In this document: piece by piece, positions 48,180 to 58,169 of the stretch | How the letters are laid out: each line of letters opens with the position of its first letter | How positions within the stretch are numbered: the first letter of the stretch is position 1 | Origin: Bdellovibrio sp. | GTDB lineage: Bacteria; Bdellovibrionota; Bdellovibrionia; Bdellovibrionales; Bdellovibrionaceae | Assembly (NCBI GenBank): GCA_036676395.1 | Contig: JAKFCY010000002.1 | Coordinates: forward strand, 1,472,001-1,536,000 | Reading direction: 5' to 3' | DNA length: 64,000 nt | Position numbers and translations under genes: made by a program | Notes under the pieces: model-generated | Told to the model about the DNA's origin: nothing | The model's database searches: none | Seen by the model: only the letters and a program-made list of their open reading frames with translations

Positions 48180-50272
48180 TAACGAGTCGTATCCACTGGT
48201 TTAGTCGTTGTGCCTGTAGCAGGTTGTTCTGGGCAATTAATTGGATTTGCGACTTGCGATCCATCCCAACAAGTGTAATTCGCTGTTGCCGGACAATTTG
48301 CCAAATCACTAACTTGCGTCACACCATCAGCACAAATATAAAGTGTGGTTGATGTCGAAGTCGTTTCACATAAACATGAAGACGCATTTGTCATTGATTG
48401 TCCCGGAGGGCAAGCCGGACATCCACACGCACCACTTGAAAGCAACGCTTGAGGAGGAGTACAAGTCTGACCGCATGGAGGAATGGTTCCGTTAGGACAT
48501 GCATCCGCTGCAGGATTTAATTTTGGTTTTTTAACCTGGAAGAAAATTTTCCAAGCGGCATAAAGTGCCACGCCACCTAATACCCACGGAGCGATTTTTT
48601 TAACACCACCCCAAAGTTTCGAGAAGAAACCTGGTTTGTCTTTATCGTCATTACCGCCGCCTGGTCCTTTACATTCACCGACTTTTACGCCGTCATGCTC
48701 TGAGCCCGGTCCACAAACTTTACCGTCAGTACATTCAGGATCACATGTCCACTCACCCCCTGGCGTTACAGGGTCTACAACTGGAGTAGTTCCTGACACT
48801 GGAGGAGTTGGAGGCTGTGGAGTTACAGCACACGCCGAACCTGGGTTAACCGCCGGACCTGATGGACAAGCACAAGTTAATGTAGCTTCATCAACTTTAC
48901 CGCCATCTTTACAGCCTGGATTTTTTTCTAAGTAAGCGGCTACGAATAAGAAACGTTTATGTAACTGGTCACAAGCGCCCCAGAATTCGCGGTCATACTG
49001 AGTTTCAGCTGCTGCCGCCGCACAATCATTACGGGCCGCCGTGATTGTTGAATCAAATTGTGATTGGATTTCTTGAAGTTTTGCTAAAAGTTCAGCTGTG
49101 ATATTTCCTTTTTGGAAAGCATCGCGCATTTCAGGTGATCCATTTAACATACTGTCTAAGTATTTTTTTGTGTTCGCAATTGCTGCAGGATCTTGTAAAG
49201 CTTTTGCTTTATTAGATTCTAAAATTCCCTGGTAACGGCTTGCATCTTTTGCCGCTGCTGCTGCAGGTAGCGGAAGTTCTACTGAAGTTAAAGGCATTTT
49301 AGCATCACAACCTTTGTTGTAATGTGTTGCAGTTTGTAATTCTGATGAATTACTCAAGCAAAATTGTTTACCTGAACCATCAAATCCATAAATTGTCGGA
49401 TTACATGGAAAATTACAACCCGCTACTTTTGCACCAGCTGGGTATTGACAGCGTTTACCAGCCCCGTAAGAACCGATATAACCGGCCACAACACATTTCG
49501 TGTCGGCAGCCTGTGCCTCATCAAGCATGGCAAAAAAGTTGTTCCATTTGTCTAATGAGGAAGTCTTTTTACCTTTTTTAACAACTGTTTTTGCATCAAG
49601 AACGTCTTGTGCACCAGACCAAAGCATTCTCATGTTCATCATAAACTGAGCACGTTGAATCGGCGTCATTTTTTTCCAAAGATCTTTTGTGATTTTTGGC
49701 AAACCTGAAAACTTAGCCGGTGGAATAACCTTCTTCACCGCTACGGTTTTTTTCATAGTCTTAGGAGATGTTAAAGCATCGCCATAACCTTTTCTATGTG
49801 AAGCATCACCAAAATAAAGCTTGGCAAACATATCATCAAAATTGGCGATATCTTCTTCAGTTAAATTTGTATTATCAAATTTAACAAATTTTTCTGGCTC
49901 GCCTAAAAATTGAATATTACTTAATTGATCTTTACCACTGATTCGCATGGTAGCGATAGTTTCGCCTTTTGAGTTTTTACTAGAACCCACAATAAATTGC
50001 GGCATTGGTTCATCTTTGAAACGAACCAATAATTGTTCAACCATTTTTTGAACACGTGGTGGGTAATATTCTTTATTTTTTTTATAGAATTCACCAAACG
50101 TCATTGATTTGTTTAAACCAAGCTGTTGAACAATTTGTTCTAGCTGAGCTTTTGACATTTGTTCTTGGTTGGCTTGAGCTTGTTTACCCAGAGCCACTGG
50201 CGAGAACACCAGGGTGGCTAAAGAAACTGTCACCAACAAACCATTTATTTTTTTTAAAATCATGTTCATCAT
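48179..50272 (-). CDS. Large secreted Cys-rich protein, paralogue B
   Basis: Signal peptide (FSPVALG), Cys-rich core, late hydrophobic helix, Cys/Pro-rich tail; clearly similar to 50291-52387. Confidence 0.85.
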   Translation of the reverse strand: MMNMILKKINGLLVTVSLATLVFSPVALGKQAQANQEQMSKAQLEQIVQQLGLNKSMTFGEFYKKNKEYYPPRVQKMVEQLLVRFKDEPMPQFIVGSSKNSKGETIATMRISGKDQLSNIQFLGEPEKFVKFDNTNLTEEDIANFDDMFAKLYFGDASHRKGYGDALTSPKTMKKTVAVKKVIPPAKFSGLPKITKDLWKKMTPIQRAQFMMNMRMLWSGAQDVLDAKTVVKKGKKTSSLDKWNNFFAMLDEAQAADTKCVVAGYIGSYGAGKRCQYPAGAKVAGCNFPCNPTIYGFDGSGKQFCLSNSSELQTATHYNKGCDAKMPLTSVELPLPAAAAAKDASRYQGILESNKAKALQDPAAIANTKKYLDSMLNGSPEMRDAFQKGNITAELLAKLQEIQSQFDSTITAARNDCAAAAAETQYDREFWGACDQLHKRFLFVAAYLEKNPGCKDGGKVDEATLTCACPSGPAVNPGSACAVTPQPPTPPVSGTTPVVDPVTPGGEWTCDPECTDGKVCGPGSEHDGVKVGECKGPGGGNDDKDKPGFFSKLWGGVKKIAPWVLGGVALYAAWKIFFQVKKPKLNPAADACPNGTIPPCGQTCTPPQALLSSGACGCPACPPGQSMTNASSCLCETTSTSTTLYICADGVTQVSDLANCPATANYTCWDGSQVANPINCPEQPATGTTTKPVDTTR

Positions 50273-50290
50273 AAATTATCCTCTAATATT

Positions 50291-52387
50291 CTAGTTTGCT
50301 GTTGGCACGCCGCCGTTACAATCGCCATCTGGACAATTGTTACCAGTTCCGCCTTCAGAGACCGGAGGGCAAGTTGCTGGTGGGTAAACCGAAGTTCCAT
50401 TTTGACAAATTGTCGGTGCCGGGCAAGTTGACGGGCCTGGTGGCGTGTAGAATGGCGTTACGCCATCCGGACATACGCCTTGCTGAACAACTGTATCACA
50501 CTGACAAGTACTTAAGTTATAAACCTGTTGGCCCGGCGTACACGCATTTGCAGACGGACACGCACACACATTATTTTCAAGAACTTTTGGCGCTAGACAA
50601 ATTGGTGGCTGAACAACCGGGTCACAAGCACATGTCGTTGGATTTTGCGCCGTATTCACCGGACAAGTCGTCTGACAACCTTGCGGCGGAGGAGGCACTA
50701 CTGGTTTATCTTTTTTCTTTTTCTTAAATAAGAAATATAATAACGCAGCTCCACCGATAATACCGGCACCGATTAACCATGGTTTCCAGTTAAAGCCAGA
50801 TCCGCATTTTTTATCTTCACCTTTTGGCTCTTTACCATCTTCACAAATACATGAACCTTCTTTTTCGATGGTTTCGCCCGTACATTTCAATGGTTCAGTA
50901 GCAACTTCAGTGGTTCCGCTGCTTACTTCAGCTGGTTGTACAGGAGCAACAACAGCTACACATTGCGCACCTGGAACTGCTTCGCCGCCACCATCACAAG
51001 GACATTTAAGCGTCTCTGGATTTACAGATTTATTTTCAGGACAACCTGGTTTTTTCGTTAACACTTCAGCAACGAATAAGAAACGTTTGTGCAATTGGTC
51101 ACACGCGCCCCAGAAATTTTTATCGTATTGGTCTTTTTCAACAGCTGCCGAGGCACAATCTGCACGAGCTGCTGAGATTGTCGAGTCAAACTGTGATTGA
51201 ATCTCTTGAAGTTTTTTTAACAAATCTTCAGTGATATTTCCGCTTTCAAAAGCATTTTTCATATCAGGAGTACCTGAAAGCATACTTGCTAGATATTTTC
51301 TTGTATTTTCAATGACTGCCGGGTCTTTTAAAGCTTCAGCTTTATTTTCTTCTAAGATACCTTGGTAGCGACTAGCATCTTTTTTAGCAGAAGCTAATTT
51401 CGGCAATGACAACTCAACAGCAGTTAAAGGCATTTTAGCGTCACAGCCTTTATTGTAGTGAGTCGCTGTTTGTAATTCAGTTTCATTAGTTAAACAGAAT
51501 TGTTTACCACCATCGCCAAAGCCATAAATCGTCGGATTACACGGAAAATTACAACCCGTTGATTTTGCGCCAGTTGGGTATTTACATTTTTTATCAGCTC
51601 CGTAAGTGCCAATGTAGCCCGCAACCACACACTTAGTGCCTACAGCAAAAGCTTCGGCTTCACCATTTAACATAGCAAAAAACATATTCCATTTTTCTAA
51701 AGAGGAAGTTTTTTTGCCTTTTTGCGGAATAGCCTTCTTAGTATTTGTCTCTTTTGCATTTAACACATCTTCTGCGCCTGAATGAAGAAGTCGCAAGCCA
51801 ATCATAAATTGAGCACGTTGTGTAGACGTCATTTTTTTCCACATTTCACGCGTAATTTTTGGTGTACCCGTGAAAGTGCTCTTCGTCGCTTTAATTACGT
51901 TCTTATCGTGTTCTTTTTTGATTTTGATATCTGAAGCCATAAGACGCTTCATCGCCGGCGTAATCAACATCACATCGTTTTCAGTCAGAACCACATTGTT
52001 CAATTTGGCAAATTTTGCCTTTTCACCAAAGATCTGCAAATTATATGATTTGCCTTTTTCACTAATGGTCATAGTAGGGATTTTTTCACCCGTAGAACTA
52101 ACAGATTCTTTTAATGTGAATTCAGGCATTAACTCGTTCGGTGCTGACATTAAATAACGTTCAACATCGTTGTAAACCTGACCAGAATACAAATGTTTGG
52201 TTTTATTCCAAAACTCTTTATAAGTGATGCGCTTATTTAATTGCGTCTCAGACATGAAAGCTTCGATTTGTTTTTTTAATGTTTCTTGCGATTCAATCCC
52301 CAGAGCAACTGGTGAAAAAATCATAGTTAGAACTGAGCCTGTTGCAGCTAGCAGTCTAATAACATTTCTCATAAATCTTGAGTTCAT
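50291..52387 (-). CDS. Large secreted Cys-rich protein, paralogue A
   Basis: Start ATG 52387 with AGGAG RBS; same architecture as 48179-50272. Confidence 0.85.
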   Translation of the reverse strand: MNSRFMRNVIRLLAATGSVLTMIFSPVALGIESQETLKKQIEAFMSETQLNKRITYKEFWNKTKHLYSGQVYNDVERYLMSAPNELMPEFTLKESVSSTGEKIPTMTISEKGKSYNLQIFGEKAKFAKLNNVVLTENDVMLITPAMKRLMASDIKIKKEHDKNVIKATKSTFTGTPKITREMWKKMTSTQRAQFMIGLRLLHSGAEDVLNAKETNTKKAIPQKGKKTSSLEKWNMFFAMLNGEAEAFAVGTKCVVAGYIGTYGADKKCKYPTGAKSTGCNFPCNPTIYGFGDGGKQFCLTNETELQTATHYNKGCDAKMPLTAVELSLPKLASAKKDASRYQGILEENKAEALKDPAVIENTRKYLASMLSGTPDMKNAFESGNITEDLLKKLQEIQSQFDSTISAARADCASAAVEKDQYDKNFWGACDQLHKRFLFVAEVLTKKPGCPENKSVNPETLKCPCDGGGEAVPGAQCVAVVAPVQPAEVSSGTTEVATEPLKCTGETIEKEGSCICEDGKEPKGEDKKCGSGFNWKPWLIGAGIIGGAALLYFLFKKKKKDKPVVPPPPQGCQTTCPVNTAQNPTTCACDPVVQPPICLAPKVLENNVCACPSANACTPGQQVYNLSTCQCDTVVQQGVCPDGVTPFYTPPGPSTCPAPTICQNGTSVYPPATCPPVSEGGTGNNCPDGDCNGGVPTAN

Positions 52388-52444
52388 GACGTCTCCTGTT
52401 TTTAATCCTTGAAAGTATCTCAAAAAAGTCCGTTTTATATTCAA

Positions 52445-52516
52445 TACAAATACAGTCCCATATCGGTGTCTCATTTTAAAAACTTAAATCATTATGTTAC
52501 GATCAAAATGAGACAC
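52445..52516 (-). promoter_or_regulatory. Palindrome pair plus sigma54-like element upstream of the Cys-rich operon
   Basis: GTGTCTCATTTT (52466) and AAAATGAGACAC (52505) form an inverted repeat; minus strand TGGGACTGTATTTGTA at 52445-52460. Confidence 0.5.
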
Positions 52517-52523
52517 TTTAGAG

Positions 52524-53030
52524 CTATTTTTTACGGCGTTCAGAATCGCGAACATCAGTTCGGCGATCATCACTTTGGTCTGTAGAAGTCCACTTCATGC
52601 GGCGATCGATATAAGGGAATTTGAAGTAAAATGCGATCACTAGAACGCCTAAAGTCGTTACCACCGCTAAAATCGAGAAAATCTTAAGAAAGTGGGGTTC
52701 AATTGAATTCGGATCGGCCTGAAAAAGTCTAATGGCATTGATTCCCAAAACCAGGACTAAGGTAATAATAGCCACTGTCCAAGAAAGCTTATGCTGGATA
52801 AATAATAAAACACCTGTAAACATCAAAAGCCCAAGCCAAACCCAGTCAAATGTTGAAATGGTTTTTAATAAGGCGATAAAAATAGGTGGCTCATACCAAT
52901 TTGTTAAGCCAGAACCTAAAAAGCTTATTAGGATATTTCCCAAGGGGGCCAAGATGAACATGATGGCCATGGCATAAACGCCGAGAGGTTTTTGAAGACT
53001 CGTTGCTGATTCATCCGGTGTATTATTCAT
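52524..53030 (-). CDS. 4-TM membrane protein
   Basis: Four hydrophobic segments; C-terminal DRR repeats. Confidence 0.75.
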   Translation of the reverse strand: MNNTPDESATSLQKPLGVYAMAIMFILAPLGNILISFLGSGLTNWYEPPIFIALLKTISTFDWVWLGLLMFTGVLLFIQHKLSWTVAIITLVLVLGINAIRLFQADPNSIEPHFLKIFSILAVVTTLGVLVIAFYFKFPYIDRRMKWTSTDQSDDRRTDVRDSERRKK

Positions 53031-53120
53031 GCCTATAGCATAAACAGTAAGTCTATTTTTGAATACCAGAATGTTATAAAAGGTCTAGTTTCTGCAGGGG
53101 TTTTAGGCTATAAAAATCCT

Positions 53121-54155
53121 ATGCCTACACTGACTTTTCCCACTTCTTTATACAACCTTTTAGATGTCGAACTTTATGTGGTTCTTGGCATCCTTTGTTT
53201 TGGTACGTTTTTATTTTACAAATCGTTTTTAAAGCGCGCCTCACAGGTTCGCCATCAAAATATCCAGAACCACCTAAAAGTGATCAACCGTCATTTTTTT
53301 GGTTTAACTTTCTTACTTGTTGTTTTTCTTTTATTACGCGATCAAATCAATGCTTCGGTCTTAGTAAAAAAATTAACTCCCTATGTGGCAACAATGACTT
53401 ACCTAGCCGGAGTAATCCTGTTTGTACGCGTTTGCCGCCTTAATGTACTGATGTATCTTTTCTTAGGCTCAATGACCGCCGGGGTTCCATTACTTTTGGT
53501 GAATATTTTTTCTTTGATCTTATTCGTCAGCATCAGCATTTGGTCGGCGTCACATTTATTTGGTGTGCAAGTGGCTCCGCTATTAGCGACATCAGCGGCC
53601 CTTTCAGTTATTCTGGGTCTTGCTTTACAAGACACTTTAGGAAATTTATTTGCCGGCATTTCTTTGCAAGTTGATAAAACTTTTGAAATCGGCGATTGGC
53701 TAGAAGTTCAAAATGGTTCATGCAAAGTCGTTGGCCAAGTTAAAGAGCTTACCTGGAGATCAACAATTTTAGTTGGCTGGTCAGACGAAATCATCACCCT
53801 GCCTAACAAAGTTATGGCCTCATCACAGGTTTCAAATTTCTCACCACCCGACGCACCGATCTTACGCCGCCAGGTTTTTCGCATTCCACATTCACAAAAT
53901 GCCTATGCCGCTAAAGATCTTTTAGAAAGAGCTGTATCGCAAATTGCTGATGTGCGCGCGATTCCTTCGCCATTAGCGTTTATCTCTGAGATCAACGAAA
54001 ACTGGACTGAAATTAAAGTGGCCTATTTCATTGATTCTTACGGCAGACAATTTCTAATCGGCGATAAAGTGTACGCCTTAGGCCAAGATACTCTTTTACA
54101 AAATGGCTTTAAATTAGCTCACCAAGTGTTTGAGGTAAAAAATGAAGCCCGTTAA
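53121..54155 (+). CDS. Small-conductance mechanosensitive channel (MscS family)
   Basis: GLALQDTLGNLFAGI, F.IGDW, G.V.E.TWRST, LPN. Confidence 0.93.
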   Translation: MPTLTFPTSLYNLLDVELYVVLGILCFGTFLFYKSFLKRASQVRHQNIQNHLKVINRHFFGLTFLLVVFLLLRDQINASVLVKKLTPYVATMTYLAGVILFVRVCRLNVLMYLFLGSMTAGVPLLLVNIFSLILFVSISIWSASHLFGVQVAPLLATSAALSVILGLALQDTLGNLFAGISLQVDKTFEIGDWLEVQNGSCKVVGQVKELTWRSTILVGWSDEIITLPNKVMASSQVSNFSPPDAPILRRQVFRIPHSQNAYAAKDLLERAVSQIADVRAIPSPLAFISEINENWTEIKVAYFIDSYGRQFLIGDKVYALGQDTLLQNGFKLAHQVFEVKNEAR

Positions 54156-54915
54156 TCGCGATCACCCGTTAGCTGTAAAAATTAGAAAACAGATCACTCA
54201 AGCCTTAAGCGATTATAAAATGATTGCTGATGGCGACAAGGTTATGGTTTGTGTATCTGGCGGTAAAGACTCATCCATTCTAACTATTTTATTAGAAGAA
54301 ATTAGAAAACGCGCTGAGATTGAATTTACATTAAGTGCAGTGCTTTTAGATCAAAAACAACCTGGCTTTGACGTTGCGGCATTTAAAACGTGGATTGAAT
54401 CTGAGGGTATCGAATTTCACATGATCGAAAAAGATACTTATTCTGTCGTTAAAGAAAAAGTAACTAATGGTGTTTATTGTTCGCTATGTTCGAAAATGCG
54501 CCGAGCGATTTTATACGATTACGCTCACGCTAATAACTATTCAAAAATGGCGCTTGGCCATCACCGCACAGATTTAATTGAAACCACGATGTTAAACATG
54601 TTCTACACAGGAAATGTTTCTACGATGCCTGCAAAACTGCGCTCTGACGATGGCAGAAATATCGTTCTTCGCCCGATGATGTATGTAGCAGAAACTGATC
54701 TAATTCAATTAGCGACTGATTGGGGATTTCCGGTGATTCCTTGTAATTTGTGCGGATCACAAGAAGGCATGAAACGCAAAAAAATGAAAAAACTAATCAC
54801 CGAATTAGAAAAAGATATTCCTAATTTAAGTGCTAGCTTTATCACGGCTTTACAAAACGTTAAGCCAAGTCATATGCTGGATAAGAATCTGTATAATTTC
54901 GAGGAGCTACCGTGA
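54142..54915 (+). CDS. ttcA: tRNA 2-thiocytidine(32) synthetase
   Basis: SGGKDS PP-loop, LDQKQPGF, CSLCS, GHH, PCNLCGSQ. Confidence 0.95.
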   Translation: MKPVNRDHPLAVKIRKQITQALSDYKMIADGDKVMVCVSGGKDSSILTILLEEIRKRAEIEFTLSAVLLDQKQPGFDVAAFKTWIESEGIEFHMIEKDTYSVVKEKVTNGVYCSLCSKMRRAILYDYAHANNYSKMALGHHRTDLIETTMLNMFYTGNVSTMPAKLRSDDGRNIVLRPMMYVAETDLIQLATDWGFPVIPCNLCGSQEGMKRKKMKKLITELEKDIPNLSASFITALQNVKPSHMLDKNLYNFEELP

Positions 54916-56228
54916 TCGGAAAAAAGTTTTTAGATTTAAAAGAAAAAGCGTTACATAATAAATCCTTAGAAATACCTACGCGAATTGAAAATCTTAAAAA
55001 ACTTTTAACTTGGATCGAAAGAAACGAAACCGAAATTAAAAAAGCTCTTGGTTTAGATTTTCAAAAATCGGAATTTGAAACTCAGACCACAGAAATCGGC
55101 GTAGTAAAAACTGAAATCAAATATTTCATTAAAAATTTAAAAGCTTGGGCCAAACCTGAACACGTAAAAACACCAATGACTTTATTTGGTCACACAAGCA
55201 CAATTCATTACGAACCAAAAGGCGTGGTTTTGATTATAGCGCCATGGAATTACCCTTTCCAGCTAACGATCAATCCTTTAATTCCAGCGCTTGCAGCTGG
55301 CAATACCGTCGTTATCAAGCCCAGCGAACTTACGCCGCATACAAGTAAACTCATTCATCAAATGGTGAACGAAGTTTTTGCAAGCGATGAAGTGATTTGC
55401 GAACTGGGTGGTAAAGAAAAAACTGAAGAGTTACTTACTTATGATTTTGATCATGTGTTTTTCACGGGCTCTACACCAGTTGGCCGCATTATCGCACAAG
55501 CTTGTGCTAAAAAGCTAATTCCCTATACTTTAGAATTAGGCGGAAAATCTCCAACAATCATTGACGAAACCGCAGACATCAACGATGCGGCCGAAAAAGT
55601 TTACTGGGGTAAATTTTTAAACCGCGGCCAAACTTGTGTCGCTCCAGATTATATTTTGATTCATCGTACAAAAAAAGATGAGTTTATCGAAAAGTTTAAA
55701 CAACTTGAAAAAACAAATTCAGAAAAGCCTACGGGATTTGTAAATAACCAACATCAAGACCGCGTAACGAAGCTAACTGGCAATAATACTGATTTTAAAA
55801 CCACAACCTGCCAACTTATTGATTCACCAGATTTAAATTCAGATATCATGAAAAATGAAATCTTTGGCCCCATCGCCCCGATTATTGCTTTTGACACGCT
55901 AGCTGACGCTTATAAAATCATGGCGCTAAACCCCTATCCATTAGCGCTATATATTTTTTCAAATTCAAAAACAAATATTCAAGATATCTTAAATAAAACT
56001 CAATCTGGTGGCGTTGCGATTAATAACGTGATCGTGCATCTTGCAAATCACTATTTACCATTCGGCGGTATTCGCACCAGCGGCATTGGCACTTACCACG
56101 GTCATTTTGGCTTTTTAGAATTTTCACACAGACGTTCAGTGATTGAACAAAAGTTTTTATCTAAAACTATGCGTTTTGTTTTTCCGCCGTACACTGATTT
56201 TAAAAAGAAATTAATGCAAAAGCTTTAG
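54912..56228 (+). CDS. Aldehyde dehydrogenase (ALDH3/fatty aldehyde type)
   Basis: PWNYP, KPSE, FTGS, LELGGKSP, GQTCVAPDY, EIFGP. Confidence 0.95.
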   Translation: MIGKKFLDLKEKALHNKSLEIPTRIENLKKLLTWIERNETEIKKALGLDFQKSEFETQTTEIGVVKTEIKYFIKNLKAWAKPEHVKTPMTLFGHTSTIHYEPKGVVLIIAPWNYPFQLTINPLIPALAAGNTVVIKPSELTPHTSKLIHQMVNEVFASDEVICELGGKEKTEELLTYDFDHVFFTGSTPVGRIIAQACAKKLIPYTLELGGKSPTIIDETADINDAAEKVYWGKFLNRGQTCVAPDYILIHRTKKDEFIEKFKQLEKTNSEKPTGFVNNQHQDRVTKLTGNNTDFKTTTCQLIDSPDLNSDIMKNEIFGPIAPIIAFDTLADAYKIMALNPYPLALYIFSNSKTNIQDILNKTQSGGVAINNVIVHLANHYLPFGGIRTSGIGTYHGHFGFLEFSHRRSVIEQKFLSKTMRFVFPPYTDFKKKLMQKL

Positions 56229-56629
56229 AACTTTTCTGTTCGCATTTTTTTGATATCAGATTTTTTAGTTTTACTATCGAGACGTCTTCGCACCGAAGAT
56301 TTAGTAGGTTTAGTTTTGACGCGTTTTTTAGGAACATAAAGCGCTTTTTCTAAAAGATGAGATAAATTTTCAATCGCTGTATCTTTATTAGATTTTTGAT
56401 CACGCTGTTCTTCACTGCGTACTGTGACGAACTGACCCTGCACTAAACGATGCGCTAAGTTTTTAAATAAAAGTGATTTTTGCGAATCCGGAATTTTTAG
56501 CAATAAAATATTAAGCTTTGCGATCACCGCAGAATTAGTTTTATTCACGTGCTGTCCACCAGCACCCGATGATCTGGTTACAGAGAATTCAACTGCATCT
56601 AGAATTGTATCTAAGCTAATTTGAGCCAT
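56225..56629 (-). CDS. arfB: Alternative ribosome rescue factor B
   Basis: RSSGAGGQHVNK, basic tail KKR..TKPTKSS.RRRL. Confidence 0.95.
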   Translation of the reverse strand: MAQISLDTILDAVEFSVTRSSGAGGQHVNKTNSAVIAKLNILLLKIPDSQKSLLFKNLAHRLVQGQFVTVRSEEQRDQKSNKDTAIENLSHLLEKALYVPKKRVKTKPTKSSVRRRLDSKTKKSDIKKMRTEKF

Positions 56630-56631
56630 AA

Positions 56632-57306
56632 CTATCCATGTGTATGCGGCATTAATACTTCGACCACATAAACCATTAAAGAAAGAATAAGCAACATAAT
56701 TCCAAAGATCAATTTTTCATTATTTTCTAACCAGTGAAGTTTAACTTTAGCTGCACCAAAATACATAATCGTCATAAAGATTGTCATGGCAAGCAGTGTC
56801 CCTACACCCAGCACGGCGGATAACACTGCAAAACCCGTCCAACCTAGTGGCCATGCCGACACGTACACGGGTAAAAAAGATTCACACGGCGAAAAAGTTA
56901 ATAACGATAATAAACTTAAAACCGCCCAGCCATCGCTGGCCGTTTTTTTGTAGTCATGGTGATGCGGGTTTGTGTCGTCGCAGTGTGAATGTTTATGCCC
57001 GCGAAAATGTTGAATAATATTATAAGCCCCGAATAAAAATACAGCTGCAGCGGCGATAAAAATAAAAATCTGTTCTGCGCTTTCGCTGATTTTTACACCG
57101 AACCAAACGACTAATGCTCCTAAAAGGGTCGTTGTTAAAACATGCCCAAGACCTGCGATCATTAAAATTGAGAAGGTTTTTTTATAGCTCCATTTTTGGG
57201 TACGTGATGCGAGCACAAAAGGCAGCCAGTGCGTAGGTAATGATGCGTGTAAAACGGCGACTGTTAATCCAGTCAGGATAGCGGGTAAATACTCGAATGA
57301 AAGCAT
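56632..57306 (-). CDS. His-rich membrane protein, putative Ni/Co transporter-like
   Basis: HASLPTHWLP, GHV, His-rich loop, SPCE; likely start ATG 57306. Confidence 0.65.
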   Translation of the reverse strand: MLSFEYLPAILTGLTVAVLHASLPTHWLPFVLASRTQKWSYKKTFSILMIAGLGHVLTTTLLGALVVWFGVKISESAEQIFIFIAAAAVFLFGAYNIIQHFRGHKHSHCDDTNPHHHDYKKTASDGWAVLSLLSLLTFSPCESFLPVYVSAWPLGWTGFAVLSAVLGVGTLLAMTIFMTIMYFGAAKVKLHWLENNEKLIFGIMLLILSLMVYVVEVLMPHTHG

Positions 57307-57398
57307 AGGGTTAGGTGATACCCCATGCGTAAAGCTTAACGCAAGCTGGGACTTGACCTTATCGTTAAAAAGGTTATTATTTACACGCACCAAATAAG

Positions 57399-57474
57399 GC
57401 AGACTTAGCTCAGTTGGTAGAGTACTTGCATGACATGCAAGGTGTCACAGGTTCAAGTCCTGTAGTCTGCACCA
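57399..57474 (+). tRNA. tRNA-Val(GAC)
   Basis: GCAGACT/AGTCTGC acceptor stem, CTTGC-ATGACAT-GCAAG anticodon arm, GTTCAAG T-loop, encoded CCA; TTGACC...TATTAT upstream. Confidence 0.97.
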
Positions 57475-57477
57475 ATT

Positions 57478-57882
57478 TTAAATTTCCACCCGCTCTAAAG
57501 TCGAAAACTCAGGCGCTTGCTCGTCAGTGTTCTGCGCCGGAAATAATTTAAGCCATTCTTTCGATGAATCATGAAATTCAATGCGTACAGAAAAATAATT
57601 TCCTGCGATCGAATCATGCTTTTTCCACATGGCAGCTTTTTTAATTTTTTTTGCAGCCAGACGCTCTTCTTTGTCGTGAATTTCTAATAAAGCTTTGCGA
57701 GCTAACTTACCGCCTACGGTATCATAACCCCGGTTGGCGGGTTTATGTTCTAAATCGCTATCACAGATCCTTGAAAGCTCGGCAAAGGATTCTCCTTGGC
57801 CATAACTATCAGTAGCCGCGTAGAACGTTAAAGCCTCTATGGCTATTTTTAATTGAGCTTCAAGATCTTGGATCTTGTCCAT
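57478..57882 (-). CDS. Hypothetical protein
   Basis: 134 aa ORF abutting the tRNA 3' end. Confidence 0.6.
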   Translation of the reverse strand: MDKIQDLEAQLKIAIEALTFYAATDSYGQGESFAELSRICDSDLEHKPANRGYDTVGGKLARKALLEIHDKEERLAAKKIKKAAMWKKHDSIAGNYFSVRIEFHDSSKEWLKLFPAQNTDEQAPEFSTLERVEI

Positions 57883-58128
57883 TTATGGTTTATCGGCCTT
57901 AGGTTTTTTTTCCATTACGCCACGGTTTTTAATAATCAGGCCATTTAAAAAATTACGTAAAAGCTGATCACCGCATTCTTGATAATTCGGGTGATTTTCA
58001 TCGCGAAAAATAGCCGATAGTTCTGATTTTGAAATTTCGTAATCAACGTTCTTTAGACATTCGATGATGTCGGTATCACGAAAAGATAAAGCCACACGCA
58101 ATTTTTTGAAGATATCGTTATTTGTCAT
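57883..58128 (-). CDS. DUF1456 family protein
   Basis: MTNNDI.KKLR.AL...SKSELSA.FR......Y.ECGDQLLRNFLNGLI. Confidence 0.9.
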   Translation of the reverse strand: MTNNDIFKKLRVALSFRDTDIIECLKNVDYEISKSELSAIFRDENHPNYQECGDQLLRNFLNGLIIKNRGVMEKKPKADKP

Positions 58129-58169
58129 AGGGGTAGTCTTAAAGCAAAATACCCCTTAAAAGCAATGCC

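Noticed and set aside
52475..52502. Third dif-like site (TTATGTTACGA arm)
   Set aside because: No matching ATAA-ended left arm at 6-bp spacing; it lies within the palindrome-flanked promoter region
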